From assembly GCF_000014785.1 (NCBI RefSeq), contig NC_008340.1, positions 1,800,001-1,832,000 on the forward strand: a DNA stretch of 32,000 bases. Reading direction: 5' to 3'. The DNA is from Alkalilimnicola ehrlichii MLHE-1. Lineage in GTDB: Bacteria > Pseudomonadota > Gammaproteobacteria > Nitrococcales > Halorhodospiraceae. The translations under genes were made by a program, and so were the position numbers. Shown here in pieces: positions 26,517 through 32,000 of this stretch. Below the pieces are notes generated by a model. It was given only the letters and a program-made list of their open reading frames with translations, ran no database searches and was not told where the DNA came from. The first letter of the stretch is position 1. Every line of letters starts with the position of its first letter.

Positions 26517-27395
26517 CTAGCGTTGCGCAAACAGCGGGACCTGCGCATAACGGGAGTAGCGCGCATTCACCCAAAGCGACAGGGCGATGACCACCCCCCC
26601 GACGGTCAGCCGGAGCAGATCCGCGTCGCGATTCCAGATCAACAGATTGACCACCAGGCCGGCGGGCACCAGGGCGTTATTCATCACCGCCAGGGTCCCC
26701 GCGTCCACCAAACAGGCGCCCCGGTTCCAGAGGTAGAGCCCCAGACCGGACGCCGCGACCCCCAGCCAACCGAGGACCGCCCATTGCACCGGCGTGACGG
26801 GCATCATCGCGCGGTCGCCGAAGACCAGCCAGGCCGGCAGGGTGACCAACAGGGCCCCGACGAAGAAGAGGAAGAAGGACTGGTAGGCGGGCTGCCCGGT
26901 GGGATACCGGCGCAACAGATGCTTGTAGCCCACCTGCCCCGCGGCGAAGGCCAGGTTAGCGAGCTGCAGCAGCAGGAAACCGAACCAGAACCCCTGGCTC
27001 AGGCCCTCGTAACGAATGATCCCCGCCCCCACCACGGCCAACCCGGCGGCCACCAGTGCCACCGGGGCGAACCGCCGGTGGAGGGCGTCGTCCAGGAGGG
27101 TGACGTACAGGGGCGTGGTGATGGTGAACAGTAACACCTCGGGCACGGTGAGGTAGGCGAAGGCGCGATAGAGGCAGAGGTAGGTCACACCGAACTGCAA
27201 CGCCCCCACAGCCAGCATCCCGACCACCAGACCGGGACGGAGTGCGGCCAGACGCATCAGCGGCAGGAAGACCAGCCCACCTAGAAGCACCCGGGTCAGC
27301 ACAGCAAAATCGCTGTCCACCTGACCGCTGAGATACTCACCGATCAGACTGAAAGAGAACGCCCAGAGGGCCGTGACAAAGAGCAGATACCCCAT
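26517..27395 (-). CDS. EamA/DMT-superfamily transporter (10-TM, carboxylate/amino acid/amine transporter-like)
   Basis: The ATG at 27395 (MGYLLFVTALWAFSFSLIGEYL..) is preceded by GGGGAG. It has two EamA-like 5-TM halves and is 292 aa long. The track ORF has a 41-codon hydrophilic extension that I reject. Confidence 0.8.
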   Translation of the reverse strand: MGYLLFVTALWAFSFSLIGEYLSGQVDSDFAVLTRVLLGGLVFLPLMRLAALRPGLVVGMLAVGALQFGVTYLCLYRAFAYLTVPEVLLFTITTPLYVTLLDDALHRRFAPVALVAAGLAVVGAGIIRYEGLSQGFWFGFLLLQLANLAFAAGQVGYKHLLRRYPTGQPAYQSFFLFFVGALLVTLPAWLVFGDRAMMPVTPVQWAVLGWLGVAASGLGLYLWNRGACLVDAGTLAVMNNALVPAGLVVNLLIWNRDADLLRLTVGGVVIALSLWVNARYSRYAQVPLFAQR

Positions 27396-27507
27396 CGGCT
27401 CCCCTACCCGCGATGATATAGGAATCCGGTTCTGGTGACTGGCGTCAACCCCGGTCAAGTGCGGTATGCTGGTTCTTTCATCCGTACCGCCAGAGGAGGC
27501 CCCGGTC

Positions 27508-27915
27508 ATGCTGACCAAGGAACAGCTGCTCGCCAGCCCACCGGAAGACTACATGAACGACGAGCAGTTGGCCTACTTCCGCCAACTGCTGGAGAAGGAG
27601 CGCAAGGAGATCCTTGAGGGGCTGGAGAGCACCACCCGCCACCTGCGCGACGACAACAGCCGCGAGCCGGACGAGCATGACCGCGCGACGCTGGAGGAGG
27701 AGTACCAGCTCGAGCTGCGCATCCGGGAGCGGGAAACCCGCCTGCTGCGCAAGATCGACCAGGCCCTGCGTCGGATCGAGACCGGCGAGTACGGCTACTG
27801 TGAGGTGACCGGCGAGCCCATCGGGATTCCGCGGCTCCTGGCACGCCCCACCGCCACGCTCAGCATCGAGGCCAAGGAGCGCGCCGAGGTGGAGGAGCGC
27901 ACCCGCCGCTCCTGA
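27508..27915 (+). CDS. dksA: RNA-polymerase-binding transcription factor DksA, variant lacking the Cys4 zinc finger
   Basis: The ATG at 27508 is preceded by AGAGGAGG. The coiled-coil tip motif is DEHDRA (DxxDxA), followed by ..LELRIRERETRLLRKIDQALRRIETGEYGYC.. Where E. coli has CxxC...CxxC, this protein reads CEVT...SIEA. There is only one Cys in the whole protein. Confidence 0.88.
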   Translation: MLTKEQLLASPPEDYMNDEQLAYFRQLLEKERKEILEGLESTTRHLRDDNSREPDEHDRATLEEEYQLELRIRERETRLLRKIDQALRRIETGEYGYCEVTGEPIGIPRLLARPTATLSIEAKERAEVEERTRRS

Positions 27916-27916
27916 G

Positions 27917-27967
27917 CGCCGGGTACCGCGGGCCCGGCGTTATCATCCCCGGGCGCCGTTGGCGCCC
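27917..27967. terminator. Two GC hairpins between convergent dksA and the GTPase gene
   Basis: CGCCGGG (27917..27923) pairs with CCCGGCG (27933..27939), followed by TTATCATCC. GGGCGCC (27951..27957) pairs with GGCGCCC (27961..27967). There is no good U-tract. Confidence 0.3.
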
Positions 27968-27981
27968 CCCCCGCGCGCCCC

Positions 27982-29517
27982 CTAGCGCCACAGCGCCCCG
28001 CTGAGCAGGCGGCGGCCGCCCCGGGCCGCCTGCCGCACCACTTCAGCCACCCGGCCGCTGGCCGGCTGGCGCTCCAGGCGCACCCGCCGGCCCTGCGCCA
28101 TGACCGGCAGCAGCGCCTCCAGTTCCGCCAGCACCTGTTCCCGGTTATAGGGCGCCACCGCGTCGAGCCGGGCCGGGATGATCTGTCCCGGAGCGAGTTC
28201 CAGTTCCCGGGCCATGGCCTCTCGGGCGGCCGCGATGTTCTGCGCCTTGGGCCGCTCCTCGGGCGGGTCCCACCGGTAGGGCGGTGCCCACTCCCGCTTC
28301 GGCGACAGCCGGTCGATATGACTGGCGATCAGCCGGATCGGCGGTGAACGGCGCTCGGGATGGGCCTGGAAGTGGTCGCGCAGGGCCTGCAGTGCCGCCC
28401 GGTCCGGCCCCCGGTCCGCCCGGTGGGCCGGGCTCACCCAAAGCACCATATCGACGCCGTCGGCGGTCTGGATCAGCTGATCCACATCCCACTTCCGACC
28501 CAACCCCGGAGTGTCGATCAGCAGCACCTCGTCACCCCCGGGCAAGCCACAGATATAGCCTACCCGATCCCCGGTCAATGGCAGGGCATCGCTGCCCGCC
28601 TGCTGTTCGCCGAGCAGCACGTTGATCAGGGCCGACTTCCCGGCCTGCGGCTGCCCGACCACCAGCACCCGGGGCCGGCCCGGCAGCGCCGCCTCCCGCT
28701 CGGCCCCCTCGGCCTCGGCCAGCGCCGCCAGCGCCTCGGCATCCCGCTGCAGCCGGCCGGAGTAGAGCTCGATGGCCGCCCGTCCCACCTCCTCGACCCA
28801 GATCCGCCCCAGGCGCCGCAGCAGGTAGTCGCGCGCGGTGGTGGAGAGCTCCTGCATGAACAGCCCACGCAGTTCCGCAGCAAGGGCGTGGAGGGGGTTG
28901 GCCAGCCGCGCCAGACGGTAGGCCCGCCAGGCCCGCTGGCCATAGGAGAGCCCGGCAGTCACCGCCGGCTTGTAGCCCCACAGGCGCAGGACCTGCCCCA
29001 CCCGGATGCGGTGGGAGAACGGCACCTCATCCAGCAGCAGCCGGCGCAGGCGGGCGCTGATCCGTTCGCTGAGCAGCAGCGCCTCCGGCAGGGTGAAGGC
29101 CCATACCGGGTCGTCGTGCTCCGGGTGGTAATGGCCGGCCACCGCCCGCAGGGTCTGCTCGGCGGTCTGTAACAGGCGGTCCCGGTCGGTCACCAGCGTC
29201 GGCTCCACCGCCTCGCTGAGCCGGGCCACCTCTGCCCAGGCGGCCTGCTCCAACGGGGCCCAATCCGGGTCCGCCGGGCGCACGGGTTGTTCGGCCCGAT
29301 CACGCAGCTCGACCTGCCACCGCCGGCGGAGCCAGAGCAGCGCCGACCAGACCAGGCCGGTGGCGAACGCGGCCGCCCCCGCCCAGATCAGCAACCAGCC
29401 CTGCTGGTGAAGCCAGAGCAGGCCGAACCCGAACAGCGCGACGAAGGGGGCCGCCACCACCAGCGCCGCCAGCCCGAACCCCATCGCCCGAAGGCCTCTC
29501 CGCCACCGGCCGCTCAC
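27982..29517 (-). CDS. Membrane-anchored P-loop GTPase (N-terminal TM hairpin + helical region + C-terminal GTPase domain), 511 aa
   Basis: Two adjacent hydrophobic helices are GFGLAALVVAAPFVALFGFGLLWL and GWLLIWAGAAAFATGLVWSALLWL. G1 is GQPQAGKS, G3 is DTPGLG, and the G4-like motif is SHID, all in the C-terminal third. The GTG start at 29517 is preceded by GGGGAGGGG and overlaps the upstream stop (GTGA). An alternative ATG lies at 29484. Confidence 0.75.
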   Translation of the reverse strand: MSGRWRRGLRAMGFGLAALVVAAPFVALFGFGLLWLHQQGWLLIWAGAAAFATGLVWSALLWLRRRWQVELRDRAEQPVRPADPDWAPLEQAAWAEVARLSEAVEPTLVTDRDRLLQTAEQTLRAVAGHYHPEHDDPVWAFTLPEALLLSERISARLRRLLLDEVPFSHRIRVGQVLRLWGYKPAVTAGLSYGQRAWRAYRLARLANPLHALAAELRGLFMQELSTTARDYLLRRLGRIWVEEVGRAAIELYSGRLQRDAEALAALAEAEGAEREAALPGRPRVLVVGQPQAGKSALINVLLGEQQAGSDALPLTGDRVGYICGLPGGDEVLLIDTPGLGRKWDVDQLIQTADGVDMVLWVSPAHRADRGPDRAALQALRDHFQAHPERRSPPIRLIASHIDRLSPKREWAPPYRWDPPEERPKAQNIAAAREAMARELELAPGQIIPARLDAVAPYNREQVLAELEALLPVMAQGRRVRLERQPASGRVAEVVRQAARGGRRLLSGALWR

Positions 29518-30734
29518 GGCCCCTCCCCGGTGCCGGGGGCGGAGGCGACGGCCCGCCGGCGCACCAGGCCGAAGGCATCGCGCAGCGCCTCGCGGTAGGC
29601 CTGCTCGACGCCGGCGGTGGGATCACGGCCCGCCTCGGCCCGGGCCAGGTAATGGCACGCCGCGTGGCCCAGCGCATAGGTGACAGCGAAGCTGGTTGCG
29701 GCCGCCGCTGCGGCACCCACCGTCTGCCCGTAGCCCGGTACCAGCTTGCCGAGCTGCCGGGCGCCGTGGCCCAGGCCCAGCCCGGCCAGCGTCCCGGAGC
29801 CCAGGGCCGCGAGAAAGGCGCCGAGACTGCGCCGGTCCCAGGGAACCCCGTAGATCCGCCCAAGGCTGTGCAGCAGTTTGCCCTGCAGGACCGGGACCGA
29901 CACCAACCCCAACAGCGGCACGGCATCGCCGGCCGCGGCGGCGCTGGCGTAGCTGAGGATATGGGGCCGGGCCCGGTGCACCCGCGGGTCGTCGTCGGGG
30001 CGGCGCAGGTCCGCAAGGATCGCCGCCAGCCCCTCCGGCGCGAGCGCCTCCAGGGCATCGAGTAGCGCCTCCAGGCCGTAGAGCGGCGGGTCGAAACCCT
30101 CCTCGGCCGGGGTGAAGTCCACGGCCACCACCGCCACCGGCCCCCGGCCGGGCAGGGCCTGAAAGGCGCGGGCCTGCTCGTACCGGCACCGCTGTAGGTC
30201 CTCCAGACCGGGCGTCCGATCCAGCGCCGGGTAGGGTGGGTGATCGCGGCCGGCGGGATAGCCCTCATGGAGGCAGGTCTGGACCAGTAGCACCGGCCAG
30301 TCGGGGTGGGCACGGCGCACCTGACGCAGAGGCTCGAGCACCGCTTCCTGCTGCAGGTCCATGGCGCGCGCAACGGCCAGAACCACGTGGGCCTGGCCGC
30401 TGAGGGCGGCGAGGTCCTCGGCCGGATCATAGTCGGCCTCGCCCAGGCCCCGGCTATCGAGAAACCGCAGCAGCGGGGCATCGGGGGGGAAGTCGTAAAC
30501 CCGGGCCGAGCGGGTACAGCTTTGGAAGCCGGTGCCCACCGTGGCCGCCGGATCGCCGGTGAGGGCGCGCACCAGAGAGGTCTTTCCCGATTGCACCTTC
30601 CCCACCAGCCAGAGCACGGGCGCCGCCTCCCGCGCCTTCCGGGCCAGCTCCGCCTGGTCCACCCCGACCCGCTCCGGGCGCAGCGCGGCATCGATCAGGC
30701 GCTGCCAGGCGCGGGCAAGGCGGGGGCCGGTCAC
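29514..30734 (-). CDS. P-loop GTPase fused to a C-terminal DUF697 (YcjF-like) membrane-associated domain, 406 aa
   Basis: G1 is GKVQSGKTS and G3 is DSRGLG. The C-terminal segment is AVPLLGLVSVPVLQGKLLHSLGRIYGVPWD...LGAFLAALGSGTLAGLGLG...LVPGYGQTVGAAAAAATSFAVTYALGHAACHYL, which matches my memory of the DUF697 pattern. The only available start is the GTG at 30734, which overlaps the upstream stop (GTGA). Confidence 0.75.
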   Translation of the reverse strand: MTGPRLARAWQRLIDAALRPERVGVDQAELARKAREAAPVLWLVGKVQSGKTSLVRALTGDPAATVGTGFQSCTRSARVYDFPPDAPLLRFLDSRGLGEADYDPAEDLAALSGQAHVVLAVARAMDLQQEAVLEPLRQVRRAHPDWPVLLVQTCLHEGYPAGRDHPPYPALDRTPGLEDLQRCRYEQARAFQALPGRGPVAVVAVDFTPAEEGFDPPLYGLEALLDALEALAPEGLAAILADLRRPDDDPRVHRARPHILSYASAAAAGDAVPLLGLVSVPVLQGKLLHSLGRIYGVPWDRRSLGAFLAALGSGTLAGLGLGHGARQLGKLVPGYGQTVGAAAAAATSFAVTYALGHAACHYLARAEAGRDPTAGVEQAYREALRDAFGLVRRRAVASAPGTGEGP

Positions 30735-32000
30735 GACCGCGGGGATCCCGGCTCCAGCGCCGCCACTTCGTCGTGGATCAGCCGGGCAATGGCGTGCTCG
30801 TCATCGCCCAGGGCCTTCAGGCGCTCGGCGCTGATCGGTTCGCCCACCACCACCGTGGCACGGCCGAATCGGGGCAGCCGGCGCCCCTTGGGCATGAGCT
30901 CACGGGTGCCCTCGACCCAGACCGGCACCACGGGGACCGGCCAGGCGCGCAAGAGCAGGCCGACACCGGGCTGGAAGGGCTGCAGGCGGCCATCTGGTGA
31001 GCGCGCGCCCTCGGGGAACCAGACCAGGCTGTCCTGCCGCTGCAGGGTCATGGCCGCCAGGGCCAGGCTGCGCCGTGGCGCGGAGGCCGGATCCACCGGC
31101 AGGACACCCGCCGCGCGGCTGAACCAGCGACTGACCGGCCCTTGGAACAGCAGCCCGGTCCAGCCGGCCCAGCGTAGGTGCAGCATGCGGCGCAGCCCAA
31201 CGGCGTGGGACAGCACCACCGGGTCGAGCACGCTCAGGTGACGCGGGGCGATCAGCACCGGGCCATCGTCCGGCAGCCGCCCGCGCACCTCCACCCGCAC
31301 CCACACACGGGTGAAGAGCGAGGCCAGCGCCCAGAGCAGTCGGGCCGAGACGGCGCTCAGGGCACTGCGCGGCTCGAGCCAGCGCTGCAGATCCTCGGGT
31401 ACATTCGACTCGGGGCGGCGCAATTCCGCCACCAGGTCGCCGGCCCCCTCGGCCGTGCCCTCGCTCTGCCCCGCCCCGGCGGCCTCGCGGAGCAGATCGC
31501 GGACGGTCTCGATGCGCCCGATGGCGTCGTCATCGAACTCGACACCAACCCGGTCGCGCAGGGTCAGGCTGAGGTTGACCCAGGCCAGTGAGTCCAGCCC
31601 CAGGTCCAGGGACAGGCTGGTGTCCGGTGTCAGGCGAAAGTCCGGGTATTTTTCGACCAGGTACTCCCAGGTGGCCTCCGCCGACGGGTCGGTGAGCAGT
31701 TGCTGGTCCTCCGGCGCCATGGACTCCCGGGGGATGGGCTCGGCCTTGGCGGCACTGACCCCGCCCTGTTCCGCCAGGCGGTCGTACAGGTGCTGCAGTT
31801 CGTGGCGGCGAAGCTTGCCCAGCCGGGTCCGCGGCAGCGGGTCCACCGCCACCTGCAGCCGGCCCGGGCGGTGGTGGCTGGGCAGTGCACGGCCGGCCGC
31901 CTGCACCGCACTGATCAGCCGCTCGCGCAGGGCCTCGCCCTGGTGGGCCCGCAGCAGGGCCGGCTCCGGGACCGCCACGCCGACCAGTCGCCCGCCGGAC
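30731..32000 (-). CDS. Aas-like multidomain enzyme: AMP-dependent ligase (C-terminal part visible) + phosphopantetheine carrier domain + PlsC-type acyltransferase; N-terminus beyond the window
   Basis: The frame stays open upstream of the track start to base 32000 (..SGGRLVGVAVPEP..). The ligase C-terminal motif is LPRTRLGKLRRHEL. The carrier motif is LGLDSLAWVNL. The acyltransferase motifs are HLSVLD (HX4D), FPEGARS and VPVVPV. Confidence 0.8.
   Translation of the reverse strand, partial: SGGRLVGVAVPEPALLRAHQGEALRERLISAVQAAGRALPSHHRPGRLQVAVDPLPRTRLGKLRRHELQHLYDRLAEQGGVSAAKAEPIPRESMAPEDQQLLTDPSAEATWEYLVEKYPDFRLTPDTSLSLDLGLDSLAWVNLSLTLRDRVGVEFDDDAIGRIETVRDLLREAAGAGQSEGTAEGAGDLVAELRRPESNVPEDLQRWLEPRSALSAVSARLLWALASLFTRVWVRVEVRGRLPDDGPVLIAPRHLSVLDPVVLSHAVGLRRMLHLRWAGWTGLLFQGPVSRWFSRAAGVLPVDPASAPRRSLALAAMTLQRQDSLVWFPEGARSPDGRLQPFQPGVGLLLRAWPVPVVPVWVEGTRELMPKGRRLPRFGRATVVVGEPISAERLKALGDDEHAIARLIHDEVAALEPGSPRS

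Noticed and set aside
27396-27507. Zur box upstream of the Cys-poor dksA
   Set aside because: Nothing resembles the AT-rich GAAATGTTATAWTATAACATTTC-type palindrome. Only a short GATGATATAGGAATC stretch is present, and it is not palindromic.
26410-29000. Genomic island inserted at tRNA-Ser
   Set aside because: I could not find an integrase, a direct repeat of the tRNA 3' end, or any compositional shift. The flanking genes (EamA transporter and dksA) look native.

Overview
This is a very GC-rich chromosomal segment with G/C at most third codon positions, and it looks gammaproteobacterial. Two tandem Tat-exported HiPIP genes resemble Ectothiorhodospira-type isoforms as I remember them, so I infer an Ectothiorhodospiraceae-like source. 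No search was possible. I support about 31 protein genes and one tRNA-Ser(UGA), and I saw no IS element, integrase, CRISPR array or rRNA. Most genes are housekeeping: ptrB, an acyl-CoA ligase, tatD, dusA, lipA, a Nudix CoA pyrophosphatase, pepN, prc, a hydroxyisobutyryl-CoA hydrolase-like enzyme, an EamA transporter and dksA. Many ORF-track entries are antisense or out-of-frame artefacts of high GC, and several real genes start downstream of the listed ORF start. I re-derived those starts from the sequence. One gene, a HlyD-type adaptor at 1..933 on the minus strand, is missing from the track because it runs off the window. Best candidates for something new: (1) 27982..32000 minus. An Aas-like AMP-ligase/carrier/PlsC-acyltransferase fusion is coupled by GTGA overlaps to two membrane-anchored P-loop GTPases with mirror-image topology, one carrying a DUF697/YcjF-like domain. 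(2) 1..5075 minus. A MacB/YbbP-type ABC ATPase, an unclassifiable secreted beta-barrel-like protein, a duplicated FtsX permease and a HlyD adaptor have overlapping stops and starts. Further points: an Lpp/OprI-type lipoprotein is bracketed by two YkuD enzymes. The DksA lacks three of the four zinc-finger cysteines. An AT-rich intergenic region has a consensus -10 box inside a perfect inverted repeat. Short motifs recur in the lipA/chaN, HiPIP and 24.9-kb intergenic regions. All family assignments rest on motifs read by eye and need HMM or BLAST confirmation.
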